From an uncultured Clostridia bacterium (lineage in GTDB: Bacteria > Bacillota > Clostridia > Christensenellales > CAG-917): a stretch of DNA of 64,000 nt. Both the position numbers and the translations under genes were made by a program. Each line of letters starts with the position of its first letter. The first letter of the stretch is position 1. Location: the NCBI GenBank assembly GCA_947625145.1, contig CANQNC010000004.1, forward strand, positions 11,107 to 75,106. The letters run 5' to 3'. Below the pieces are notes generated by a model that did no database searches, had not been told where the DNA came from, and saw only the letters and a list, made by a program, of their open reading frames with translations. Below are positions 24,452 to 33,591 of the stretch, piece after piece.

Positions 24452-26887
24452 TCAAATGCCCTTGACTGATGCGACAAGCGTCACGCGGTCCACGCCCTTT
24501 GCGAGGAACTTGCCCTTTGTCGGGCGCGCCTCTATGTTTATGTCCTCCGTGTTGACCACTCTCAGCACGGAATTTGCGAAGTAGGCAATGTCGTAAGGCA
24601 TCTTCACCGTGTCTATAAACGCCACGCTGTCCCCGCTGTCAAGCTCGATGAGCTTCACGCCCTTGACGTATCTCGAACCGGGCTCGATGATCGCGCAAAT
24701 GACCCTCTTGGCATGTCCCTTTTCGGTGATTACGACAATTTCTCCCTCGTCCTCGGTGAGGCCGCCGTACACAACGCTGTCGCCGTCGTTCAGCTTCACG
24801 CCCTTGACGCCCGCCGCGTTCCTGCCCTGAACGGGCACTTCGGAGGGAGCGTAGAGCAGGACTTGCCCCGCCTTTGTGACTTCAAGCGCATACAAGTCCT
24901 CGGTCACGACGTCCGCGCCTATCACGACGTCGCCCTCCGCAAGGGACATTGCCTTGAAATAGCCTTTGCTGCCCGCAAATTCGCTCATGTCAACGCGCTT
25001 GACCACGCCGTCTTTTGTAAACAGCATCAGCTCGCCCGCGGGGGTCCCGTCAAAGAAGAGGAGCTTGACGGGCCTTTCGTCCGTCTGCGCGTCCGGGCTC
25101 AAAGCGCCCAGCTTGAAGCCCTTTTCCCTCATCTTCTTTTCGGGGATGGAGGTGACGTCTATCTTCACGACGTCGCCGAAATTCGTGACCGCGTACAGCG
25201 TCCCCTTGTTGTTGACGGACAGGCTGACAAGCGGCACGTCCTCGCCCAGAGCGGATACGTCCTTGCCCGCGGCGGCGAAGCTCTTTTGGGACATGAAGCG
25301 CATTATGCCGTCTTTGTGCAGGGTCAAAATGCCGTCCCTGTACGCCACCGCCTCTTTTGCGTCGGGGAGACTGCTCATGCTTTCGAGGGTGTCCTTGTCA
25401 AGCACGGCGGTCAGCCTCGGAGAGCCGTATTTTTGCTTGATCTCCGCAAGCTCTTTTTTGACGATTTCAAGCTGTCTGCGTTTTGAAGCGAGGATGCGCT
25501 CGAAGTCGGCTATGGTCTTTTTAAGTTGATCCAATTCTTCCTCCAACTTTGTGACTTCCAGCCTCGCGAGGTTTTTAAGGCGCATATCCAAGATCGCCTG
25601 CGCCTGCGCGTCGCTCAGCCCGAAGCGGGAGCGCAAAGTTTCCTTGGCCTTGGGCGTGGACTCGGACTGTTTGATGATCGCGATCACCTCGTCTATGTTT
25701 GCGATCGCGACAAGGAGGCCCTCGACGATCTCCGCCCTCGCCTTTGCGGCTTTGAGGTCGTACGCCGTGCGCTTTTCGATGATGGTGCGCTGATATTCGA
25801 CGTAATGGGTCAGATATTTTTTCAACCCCATCTGTTCGGGCTTGCCGTCCGCGATCGCCATGATGTTGATGGGGAAGCTGACTTCGAGGTTCGTCTTTTT
25901 GAAAAGATAGTCCGCGACTTTTTTTACGTCGGTGTCCCGCTTGCATCTTATGACCGCGCGCATGCCCGTCTTGTCCGACTCGTCCACGATCTCGACTATC
26001 CCCGCGAGGATATCCTTGTCCGTCTCTTTGAGGCGGGCGATGCTTGCGAGGATGTCAGACTTCTTCTCCTGATAGGGGATCTCGGTCACGACAATGCTCT
26101 TTTTGCCGTTGTCCTCGTTTTCGATGTGTATCCTCGAGCGTATGTTCACACTGCCCTTGCCCGTTTCGTATATGCTCTCCAAACTGTCGATGGGGATGAC
26201 AAATCCCCCCGTCGGAAAGTCGGGGCCGTGAAAGACTTTCAAAAGGTCCGCCGTGCTTATATTCGGATCTTCTATCTGCGCGATCGCGGCGTCTATGCAC
26301 TCCCCCATGTTGTGCGTGGGGATATTGGTGGACAATCCGACCGCGATGCCCTTCGAGCCGTTGACGTACAAATTCGGAAATCTGCCCGGCAAGATCACGG
26401 GTTCGGCGAGGCTCTCGTCGAAGTTGGCGTCCCAAGGCACCGTCTCCTTGTCGAGGTCGCGAAGCATTTCAAGCGCGAGGTCGCTCATCCTCGCCTCGGT
26501 GTATCTCATCGCCGCGGCGTTATCGCCGTCAATGCTTCCGAAGTTGCCGTGGCCGTCCACAAGCGGACAGCGCATGATGAAGGTCTGCGCAAGCCTGACC
26601 AGCGCGCCGTACACCGAGCTGTCGCCGTGCGGATGATATTTGCCCAAGCAATCCCCCACTATCCTCGCCGACTTCTTGTGCGGCTTGTCGGGGGTCAGCC
26701 CCATCTCGTGCATGGAATACAGCACGCGGCGTTGCACGGGTTTCAGCCCGTCCTCCACCCTCGGAATGGAGCGGTCGAGGATGACGTACTCGGAGTATGG
26801 AAGCATAGAGGAATGCAACACTTCCTCAAAGACGACCTCTTGAATGTTTTGATCCTGACGGATCTCCTGTTCGTTGCGCTTTGCCAT
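24452..26887 (-). CDS. type IIA DNA topoisomerase subunit A (GyrA/ParC family; ParC-like by my reading)
   Basis: 811-aa ORF with [24 protein letters not shown] and [17 protein letters not shown] see no GyrA-box (QRRGGKG-like) at the start of the C-terminal domain. Confidence 0.9.
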   Translation of the reverse strand: MAKRNEQEIRQDQNIQEVVFEEVLHSSMLPYSEYVILDRSIPRVEDGLKPVQRRVLYSMHEMGLTPDKPHKKSARIVGDCLGKYHPHGDSSVYGALVRLAQTFIMRCPLVDGHGNFGSIDGDNAAAMRYTEARMSDLALEMLRDLDKETVPWDANFDESLAEPVILPGRFPNLYVNGSKGIAVGLSTNIPTHNMGECIDAAIAQIEDPNISTADLLKVFHGPDFPTGGFVIPIDSLESIYETGKGSVNIRSRIHIENEDNGKKSIVVTEIPYQEKKSDILASIARLKETDKDILAGIVEIVDESDKTGMRAVIRCKRDTDVKKVADYLFKKTNLEVSFPINIMAIADGKPEQMGLKKYLTHYVEYQRTIIEKRTAYDLKAAKARAEIVEGLLVAIANIDEVIAIIKQSESTPKAKETLRSRFGLSDAQAQAILDMRLKNLARLEVTKLEEELDQLKKTIADFERILASKRRQLEIVKKELAEIKQKYGSPRLTAVLDKDTLESMSSLPDAKEAVAYRDGILTLHKDGIMRFMSQKSFAAAGKDVSALGEDVPLVSLSVNNKGTLYAVTNFGDVVKIDVTSIPEKKMREKGFKLGALSPDAQTDERPVKLLFFDGTPAGELMLFTKDGVVKRVDMSEFAGSKGYFKAMSLAEGDVVIGADVVTEDLYALEVTKAGQVLLYAPSEVPVQGRNAAGVKGVKLNDGDSVVYGGLTEDEGEIVVITEKGHAKRVICAIIEPGSRYVKGVKLIELDSGDSVAFIDTVKMPYDIAYFANSVLRVVNTEDINIEARPTKGKFLAKGVDRVTLVASVKGI

Positions 26888-26890
26888 AGA

Positions 26891-28858
26891 TCACTCCTCC
26901 CCTCGTCCGAAGTCAAAGCCGCCTATGTTGTTGAAGTTGGCATATTTGTAGATATAATCCTTTCGAATGTTGCTGTCCCCGCCCATAAGTATGGAAATGC
27001 GCCTGTCCGCCATGGCGGCGTCGTCAATTGTGACGCAGGTCAGATTGCGCTTTGCGGGGTCCATTGTGGTGTCCCAAAGCTGTTCGGGATTCATCTCTCC
27101 AAGGCCCTTGAAGCGTTGGACGGTCGCGCTTTTGCCCATGCGTTTCTGCCCTTCGACGAGCGCGGCGTCGTCGTAGCAATAGAGTATCTCGTCCTTCTTT
27201 TGAAGCCTGTAAAGCGGGGGCATGCCTATGTACACGTGCCCTTCTATGATGAGTTGGCGCATGAAGCGGAAGAAGAATGTCAAAAGCAACGCTCTGATAT
27301 GCGCGCCGTCCTGATCCGCGTCCGCGAGGATGATGATCTTGTCGTATTTGAGGTTTTCTATGCTGAACTCGGGTTCTATGCCCGTGCCGAGCGCGCTTAT
27401 CAAGGAAGCAAGCTCCTCGTTTGCCAAGATCTTTTCTATCTTCGTCTTTTCCACGTTCAGCGGCTTGCCTTTGAGGGGCAATATGGCTTGATAATGCTTG
27501 TCTCTTGCCTGCTTCGCGCTGCCGCCCGCCGAGTCGCCCTCCACGATGAACAGCTCGTTTATGGCGTAATTTTTGCCCGAACAATTGGCGATCTTGCCCA
27601 CCAAATTCAGCCCGCTGAGCTTGTTTTGCTGACGGCTCAAATCTCTTGCGCGTTTCACCGCTTCTCTGCTCTTTGCCGCGCCCATAGCCTTTGCGATTAT
27701 CTTTTCCGCTGTCGCCTTATATCCTCTTTGTTGCAACAGCTCGGTCAGCTTTTCGGTGACGATGTTGTCCACCTTTTGCTTGACTTCGGGATTGCCCAAC
27801 CTGTTTTTTGTCTGCCCCTCGAACTGCACGTTTTGCATCCTTACGATGATCACCGCGGAAATGCCCTCTCTGAAATCCTCTCCCGCGAGGTTTGCCTGCT
27901 TGTCCTTGAGTATGTTGTTGCGGCGGGCGTAGTCGTTGAACACCTTTGTCAGCGCGCTTTTGAAGCCTATCTCGTGCGTGCCGCCCTCGAGCGTGGGGAT
28001 GTTGTTGACATAGCTGTAGATGTTTTCGGCAAACTCCTGCGTGTGCTGTATCGCCACTTCCACGACGAAGTGATCGTCCGAGCCCTCAACGTACAGCGGT
28101 TTGTCGTAAAGCACACTCCTGCCCTCGTTGAGGAACTGCACGTAATCCGCTATCCCGCCCTTGAAGCAGAACTCGTCCGAAGCGCCCGTCCCGCCGTCCA
28201 GCGGCATGCGGCTGTCAATGAGCTTGATGGACAAGCCCTTGTTGAGATACGCCGTGTCCCTGAGCCTTTCGCTGATTACGGCATAGTCGAATTTTTCCCT
28301 GCCGAACACGCGCTCGTCGGGCTTGAAGGTCACCGTCGTCCCGCTGCCCTTTGTCTTGCCCACGACCGTGAGAGGGGTTTTCACAATCCCGCTCTTTATG
28401 CGATTGCCTATCTGCGGGGAGTAAAACTCCATCATATACTCGTTGCCGTCGCGGCGCACCTGCACGGTAAGCCACTCGCTAAGCGCGTTTGTGACGGACG
28501 CGCCCACGCCGTGCAAGCCTCCCGAAAAGCCGTATTGCGCGTTGTCGAACTTCGCCCCCGCGTGAAGCTGAGTGAACACCACTTCCACGCCGCTCACTTT
28601 CAGTTTGGGATGCTTATCCACGGGTATGCCTCTGCCGTTGTCCGTGACGCGCGCCACGTTGTCGTCCAAAAGCTCCACTGTCACCGAGTTGCCGAAGCCG
28701 TTTGCAACCTCGTCTATGCTGTTGTCGATGATCTCCCAAAGGATATGATGCATCCCCTTTGCGCCCGTTGTGCCGATGTACATGCCCGGACGCTTCCTCA
28801 CCGCTTCCAAGCCCTCGAGCACGCTGATATCTTTAGCGTTGTAACCTTGATTTGCCAT
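26891..28858 (-). CDS. type IIA DNA topoisomerase subunit B (GyrB/ParE family)
   Basis: Start is ATG 28858 (MANQGYNAKDISVLEGLEAVRKRPGMYIG). Motifs include the GHKL ATPase, Toprim EGDSAGGSAKQARD, and PLKGKPLNVEK. Confidence 0.92.
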   Translation of the reverse strand: MANQGYNAKDISVLEGLEAVRKRPGMYIGTTGAKGMHHILWEIIDNSIDEVANGFGNSVTVELLDDNVARVTDNGRGIPVDKHPKLKVSGVEVVFTQLHAGAKFDNAQYGFSGGLHGVGASVTNALSEWLTVQVRRDGNEYMMEFYSPQIGNRIKSGIVKTPLTVVGKTKGSGTTVTFKPDERVFGREKFDYAVISERLRDTAYLNKGLSIKLIDSRMPLDGGTGASDEFCFKGGIADYVQFLNEGRSVLYDKPLYVEGSDDHFVVEVAIQHTQEFAENIYSYVNNIPTLEGGTHEIGFKSALTKVFNDYARRNNILKDKQANLAGEDFREGISAVIIVRMQNVQFEGQTKNRLGNPEVKQKVDNIVTEKLTELLQQRGYKATAEKIIAKAMGAAKSREAVKRARDLSRQQNKLSGLNLVGKIANCSGKNYAINELFIVEGDSAGGSAKQARDKHYQAILPLKGKPLNVEKTKIEKILANEELASLISALGTGIEPEFSIENLKYDKIIILADADQDGAHIRALLLTFFFRFMRQLIIEGHVYIGMPPLYRLQKKDEILYCYDDAALVEGQKRMGKSATVQRFKGLGEMNPEQLWDTTMDPAKRNLTCVTIDDAAMADRRISILMGGDSNIRKDYIYKYANFNNIGGFDFGRGEE

Positions 28859-29319
28859 TTCAACCTTTTGTGCCCCGTTCGGAGCGCATAACACTATATA
28901 ATGTACTAAGTATAACATAAAGCGCCGCCGAACACAACCCAAAAGACGGCATATATTTCACAAAAAGTCAAATTGTTCGCGCATTTTTCAAACCGCGGAA
29001 AAGGAGCGAACGTAAACTCCGAACAGAGGGGCGATCCGCCTCGCGCGGCAAGCGAAAATCAAATCATGCATTGAAAACAAAATCAAGCGTAAAAAATTCC
29101 GCGAGAATTTCCGCGGCAAACGCATTGCCTCGCAAAATCGCTTGTGCGCGAGCCGTCCTAGCGTTGGATTTGCTTGGCAAACACGCAACGGCTCCCTTTG
29201 CGTTTGCCTACGCATTCCGTCAAACGGACAAAGTCCGCCGACAAGTTTACTTTCGTTTCGTTCTCGCGCAAGCGCGCTTGCGACGTTGGATATGCAAATT
29301 CAAAGCGCGTTTCGGGCAT

Positions 29320-29349
29320 ACAAAAAAGCTCCCGGAGAGGGAGCTTTTG
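29320..29349 (-). terminator. terminator of the hydrolase gene
   Basis: On the minus strand: AAGCTCCC-TCTCC-GGGAGCTT followed by TTTTGTATG. Confidence 0.65.
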
Positions 29350-29370
29350 CGTCTGTTTGTATCCGCATCG

Positions 29371-30294
29371 TCACTTTGCGACGATCTCGTTTATCCTTGC
29401 GAGGAAGTCGTTGAACACCTCTTCGCGGTTAGTCTCGTTGAGGATCTCGTGCCTGCCGCCCTCGTACAGCTTGATGGTGACGTCCTCCACCCCCAGCTTT
29501 TTGTATTGGTCGTACAGCTTTTTGACGAGTTTGCCCTTGCCGCCCACGGGATCTTGGTCGCCCGAGAAGATGCCGATGGGCTTTTTCACGTCTATCTTGG
29601 CGAGGTTGTCCGCCTTGTAGGAGCTCTTCAACCCCGAGAGGAAATACTTGAAGAACGCGATGGACATGACGTAGCCGCACTGTTCGTCCAGACAATATTT
29701 TTTGACCTGTTCCTTGTCTCTTGAAAGCCACGCGAAGGGTATCTTCTCCTTTTTGAAGGGCTTGTTGTAGCCGCCGAAGGTCAGCTTGTCGAGGGACTTG
29801 CCCACCTTTTCGCCGCCGAACAGCTTGTATTGAAAGCCCGAGATGAACACGCCGACGTTCAGCAGCGCGCCCTTCATCATTGCCGAGCCGCAGAGGATAG
29901 CGCCTTTGTGATCCGCGCACTTTTCAATGTATCTCTGCCCGACCATGCTGCCGTAGCTGTGCCCGACATAGACAACGGGAAGTTGATATTTTTCCTTAAG
30001 ATACGCGGTGATCGCCACCTCGTCCCTTACGGTGTCGTTGTAGATGTCCCCTTTGTGATAGCCCTTGACGCCCTTTGAGGATTGCTTCGCGCTTGTCAAG
30101 CCGTGAGCGCGATGGTCGTCGGCGAACACGATATAGCCGTTTTTGTTGAGAAAATTCGCAAAATCGTCGTATCTGCGCGCATGCTCCGCCATGCCGTGCG
30201 CGATCTGCACCACTCCCTTTGGATTGCGTACGTCGTCCCACAAATAGCACTGAAGCATCGTGCCGTCAAAACTTTTGAATTTCTCGTTTTTCAT
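29371..30294 (-). CDS. alpha/beta hydrolase (lysophospholipase / monoacylglycerol lipase-like)
   Basis: Nucleophile elbow GHSYGS and an HGMAEH oxyanion region. ATG 30294 follows GGAGGG (the track start at 30321 contains that RBS). Confidence 0.8.
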   Translation of the reverse strand: MKNEKFKSFDGTMLQCYLWDDVRNPKGVVQIAHGMAEHARRYDDFANFLNKNGYIVFADDHRAHGLTSAKQSSKGVKGYHKGDIYNDTVRDEVAITAYLKEKYQLPVVYVGHSYGSMVGQRYIEKCADHKGAILCGSAMMKGALLNVGVFISGFQYKLFGGEKVGKSLDKLTFGGYNKPFKKEKIPFAWLSRDKEQVKKYCLDEQCGYVMSIAFFKYFLSGLKSSYKADNLAKIDVKKPIGIFSGDQDPVGGKGKLVKKLYDQYKKLGVEDVTIKLYEGGRHEILNETNREEVFNDFLARINEIVAK

Positions 30295-30418
30295 AAACCC
30301 TCCATTGCGCCTGTCCGACAAGCGAAAAATATTCTACGAGCAATATATCATAAATTGCGCGCGATTTCAAGATGAAAAAGAAAACTTTTGTCCGTCCGAG
30401 GCATACTATGTGCAATAT

Positions 30419-31537
30419 ATGGACAAAACGCTGACCGAATCGGGAAATATCCGCAAAATTGCGTTTACGGGAGGTGGCACGGGCGGGCACGTCTACCCAA
30501 ACCTCGCGCTCATCCCCGAATTTGCAAGACAGGGCTTCGACGCCGTGTATATCGGCGGAGAGGGCAACTCCGTGGAGCGCAAACTCGCAGAGGAAGCGGG
30601 CATACGCTTTTTCGGCGTGCCCACCGTGAAACTTGTCCGCTCGCTGTCCCCCGCGGCGATCGCGAACAATTTGAAGATACCCTCCGCTTTGCATAAAGCC
30701 GTCAAAGCGGCGGGCGAGGCGCTTGACGCCATCTCCCCCGCCGCCGTCTTTTCAAAGGGAGGATATGCATCTCTTCCCGCGGTGCTTGCGGCAAGCAAGC
30801 GCAATATCCCCATATTCGCGCACGAATCGGATATGACTTTGGGGCTTGCCAACAAGATCGCCGCCAAAAAGGGCGCGGTGATCTTCAAAGCCAATCCCGC
30901 AGCGAAGTTCGACGGAATTGCGGTCGGCATGCCTCTCAGAGAAGAGCTTTTTTCCGTGCAAAAAAGCGCCGCGCGCGCAAGGCTCGGGCTTTTGAATTGC
31001 GAAAAGCCCGTATTGTTGATACTCGGCGGCTCCTCGGGGGCAAAATATCTGAACGACGCGACGGCGCGCCTCTTAGACGAGCTTCGCGCGCGCTTCGTCC
31101 TGTTGCACGTAGGCGGCAAAAACGGCTCGCCTTGCGCAACGGACTCGGACGACTATCGCTATTTCCCCTACGCGTCCCGCGTCGCGGACTTCTACGCCGC
31201 AAGCGACGTCGTGCTGTCTAGGGCGGGAGCGACCGCTGTCTACGAGATATCCGCGCTCGAAAAACGCGCGGTGTTCGTCCCCCTGCCCAAAGGGATATCG
31301 CGAGGGGATCAGCTGCAAAACGCCGAGCTTGCCGCCGCGTACGGCGGACGAGTCTTATGGCAGGGAGAGACATTTTTCGCCCGACTCATACCCTTGTTGG
31401 AAGAAGCGTTGCAAAATCCGCCCATGACGCCCGTCTCGAGCGACGCAAACGGAAAAATTGTTCGCGTCGTGTGTGATACGCTGAGGCGAGGTGAATTATG
31501 GAAAGACAAAAAACATTGGCAAAATGGCTTGCAGTGA
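30419..31537 (+). CDS. murG: undecaprenyldiphospho-muramoylpentapeptide beta-N-acetylglucosaminyltransferase (MurG)
   Basis: Start is ATG 30419 (MDKTLTESGNIRKIAFTGGGTGGHVYPNLAL). It has the G-loop GGGTGGHVYP and C-terminal SRAGATAVYE...QLQNAE. Confidence 0.85.
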   Translation: MDKTLTESGNIRKIAFTGGGTGGHVYPNLALIPEFARQGFDAVYIGGEGNSVERKLAEEAGIRFFGVPTVKLVRSLSPAAIANNLKIPSALHKAVKAAGEALDAISPAAVFSKGGYASLPAVLAASKRNIPIFAHESDMTLGLANKIAAKKGAVIFKANPAAKFDGIAVGMPLREELFSVQKSAARARLGLLNCEKPVLLILGGSSGAKYLNDATARLLDELRARFVLLHVGGKNGSPCATDSDDYRYFPYASRVADFYAASDVVLSRAGATAVYEISALEKRAVFVPLPKGISRGDQLQNAELAAAYGGRVLWQGETFFARLIPLLEEALQNPPMTPVSSDANGKIVRVVCDTLRRGELWKDKKHWQNGLQ

Positions 31538-32823
31538 TCCTGCTTTTGACCCTGATCGTCGCTTGCTACATAGCCCTCAGCGCGATCCTAGGCGGCAAAA
31601 AGACGTCCGACAACGTTGCGGGCGCGGACAGCGTGGGCGATCAAAACGGCTCCAAGCCCGCGCAAGATCAAAATGAGGGCAACGAGGAAATTCCCGCCCC
31701 GCATATCCCCGTCTATTCGGTCTATCCCCGCGCCTCGGAGACGGTGAACGGCTTGACGGTCGCGCATCTTGGCGGAGAAAAGGACGAGGAGTTTTTGAAG
31801 AGCATGGTCTATCAGTCAAGACAGCTGATATTTTTCGGATCCGCGTCCGAGGAGTTCGACGCGAGAGGACGGGGAATTTATGTCGCCGAGATCGACGACA
31901 GAAGCGTGCTCTCTTGCGCGAGGCTTACGGACGGCGAGGAAGAGTTTGTGGATTGCGTACGCACGGCGGACGGGCTTGTGACAGTCACCCGAAACGCGGA
32001 TGAGACGGTGTTCAGGTTGCTTGACAAAGACCTCTCGTCAAAAAACGCTTCCTTCTGCGCCGCCTACTCCTCATACAGGCTGACCTCGGCAAGCGGGACG
32101 ACGAGGATGTACGCCGCCTCGGACAGCGAGATAGACGCGTATTCTTTGTCCTCCACGCCGCGCGCCTACAAGAGCTCGCACAGCATGAAGGTCTCAAACG
32201 CAAAGCTCTGCGACAGCGTTGCGACGGGCACTTCGGACATACTTTTCGTGCAGACAAGCGAAGGAATATTGATCTTGTCATATTCCACAAACACAGGGTT
32301 TACGCAACAAAACGAGCTGTTGAACCGCGAGTTCGTGCAAGTTCTGCCGTTTTCCACAGACAACGAGCAGACCTTTGTGCTTGTCAGCGTTTCAAACAAG
32401 GGCGTACATCTTGACCTGCTGAACAAGGACGGGACGTCCTCTTACGCGAGCTTCGAGATCGAGGGAGCGACAAGCGCCGCGGCAATAAAAAACGAGGGGA
32501 AACTCATGGTGTATTCCGCGGACAAGGTATACTCATTTTGCTCCCATCTCGAGTTCACTTCCTCTGAGGATTTCGCGCCCGAAGTCGATGCGGAAGAGGT
32601 CTTTGCGCTGGCGGGAAGCGACGACAGATTGCTTGCAAGCGCAAACGGAACGTCCTATCTTTTGACGACGGAGGGGAAGGTTTTGTTCTCCGCCAAGGCC
32701 GAGCGCCTGTGCATATCCCGCCGCGACGGAGAGACCATGGCATTCTTTGCCTCGCAGGATCCGCCCTACTCCTCTCTCGGCTTCGGCAAAAAGGACGTGT
32801 TCGCGGTGCGCCTCGGCGCATAA
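31498..32823 (+). CDS. hypothetical single-pass membrane protein (translationally coupled to murG)
   Basis: 441-aa ORF with the RBS GAGGTG and a 40-nt overlap with murG. The N-terminal TM is WLAVILLLTLIVACYIALSAIL. I recognise no family. Confidence 0.6.
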   Translation: MERQKTLAKWLAVILLLTLIVACYIALSAILGGKKTSDNVAGADSVGDQNGSKPAQDQNEGNEEIPAPHIPVYSVYPRASETVNGLTVAHLGGEKDEEFLKSMVYQSRQLIFFGSASEEFDARGRGIYVAEIDDRSVLSCARLTDGEEEFVDCVRTADGLVTVTRNADETVFRLLDKDLSSKNASFCAAYSSYRLTSASGTTRMYAASDSEIDAYSLSSTPRAYKSSHSMKVSNAKLCDSVATGTSDILFVQTSEGILILSYSTNTGFTQQNELLNREFVQVLPFSTDNEQTFVLVSVSNKGVHLDLLNKDGTSSYASFEIEGATSAAAIKNEGKLMVYSADKVYSFCSHLEFTSSEDFAPEVDAEEVFALAGSDDRLLASANGTSYLLTTEGKVLFSAKAERLCISRRDGETMAFFASQDPPYSSLGFGKKDVFAVRLGA

Positions 32824-32838
32824 ACAGCCTTGTCCCGC

Positions 32839-32867
32839 TTGACAGCCCCGCGTTGATGGTTTATAAT
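32839..32867 (+). promoter_or_regulatory. perfect-consensus sigma-A promoter (leaderless transcript predicted)
   Basis: TTGACA (32839-32844), 17-nt spacer, TATAAT (32862-32867). ATG is at 32874, only 6 nt after the -10 element. Confidence 0.65.
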
Positions 32868-32873
32868 CGAAGT

Positions 32874-33284
32874 ATGGCAAAGGATAAAAAGAAAAACGTT
32901 CAACAATCCGACCCCTATTCCAATATGCCCGCCCGCAGAGCGGTGCTCTGGATGGGGTTTGCGCTTTCAATTGTGGGGCTTGTCGTGGTTGCGCTTGGGG
33001 CGCTGTTTCTGTTCGTCCCGAAGATGCGCTTCATCGACGGCATCCAACCCGCCCTGTTGTTGGAGATCATATTTGCGCTTGGCACTGGGCTGTGCTTCAT
33101 CGCGGTGATCTTCGCGGTCGCGGGGGCAAACACAAACAAGGGCATCGCGCGGCTGTCCTTCTTCTTCGGGACGCTCGCTTTCATCGTAGGCGCGGCGATG
33201 TTGGTGGTCATTCTGTTTTTCAGGACCATTCTTCCCCTCGACGCCTTCGAGCGTATGACGGGAGTGGCGGCAATGCTGTTGTAA
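32874..33284 (+). CDS. small polytopic membrane protein (136 aa), probably leaderless
   Basis: MAKDKKKNVQQSDPYSNMPARRAVLWMGFALSIVGLVVVALGALFLF... with about four hydrophobic helices. There is no SD sequence and the consensus promoter abuts the ATG. Confidence 0.6.
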   Translation: MAKDKKKNVQQSDPYSNMPARRAVLWMGFALSIVGLVVVALGALFLFVPKMRFIDGIQPALLLEIIFALGTGLCFIAVIFAVAGANTNKGIARLSFFFGTLAFIVGAAMLVVILFFRTILPLDAFERMTGVAAMLL

Positions 33285-33307
33285 CGTTGCGACTATGACA
33301 TTTTGAA

Positions 33308-33336
33308 AAATCGGCGGACTCGCCGATTTTTTTTAC
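33308..33336 (+). terminator. intrinsic terminator
   Basis: AATCGGCG-GACT-CGCCGATT followed by T8. Confidence 0.7.
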
Positions 33337-33510
33337 TCGCAAATTGCTTTTCACTCACGATCTTTTTGCCACAGGCTGTTTAGACTCACATTTTTTTCTC
33401 GCAAATTTTTCGACGCGCAGGTTTTGACTCGCAGTTTTGACTCACAGGTTTTTAACTCGCAAATTTTTTTGACTCGCGATTTTTCACTCTCAAATTTTTT
33501 GCGCTTCAAA
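33329..33510. repeat. array of about 11 degenerate short tandem repeats, consensus TTTTGACTCGCA (period about 13-17 bp)
   Basis: Units in order: TTTTACTCGCAAATT, TTTTCACTCACGATC, TTTAGACTCACATT, TTTTTCTCGCAAATT, TTTTCGACGCGCAGG, TTTTGACTCGCAG, TTTTGACTCACAGG, TTTTTAACTCGCAAATT, TTTTTGACTCGCGAT, TTTTCACTCTCAAATT, TTTTGCGCTTCAAAC. Confidence 0.7.
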
Positions 33511-33535
33511 CGCTCTCCTTCAAAAGTCGGGGATA

Positions 33536-33564
33536 CAAAAACAAGGGGTCTCCCCCCCTTGTCT
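33536..33564 (-). terminator. degV terminator
   Basis: On the minus strand: ACAAGGGG-GGGAGA-CCCCTTGT followed by TTTTGTAT. Confidence 0.55.
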
Positions 33565-33591
33565 TTGAAAAGCCGCCGCTTTGGCGTGGAA

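Noticed and set aside
25526-28891. 1,121-aa plus-strand ORF
   Set aside because: It is exactly antisense to the type IIA topoisomerase B and A genes, whose products carry unambiguous catalytic motifs. It is a shadow ORF.
29071-29724. 217-aa plus-strand ORF and the 370-bp spacer upstream of the topoisomerase B gene as a possible gene or sRNA
   Set aside because: Most of the ORF is antisense to the hydrolase gene. The spacer shows only short, non-repeated inverted repeats and no promoter/terminator pair that I could support.
33329-33510. CRISPR array
   Set aside because: The period is only about 13-17 bp, there are no unique spacers, the repeats are degenerate and T-rich, and the window contains no cas genes.
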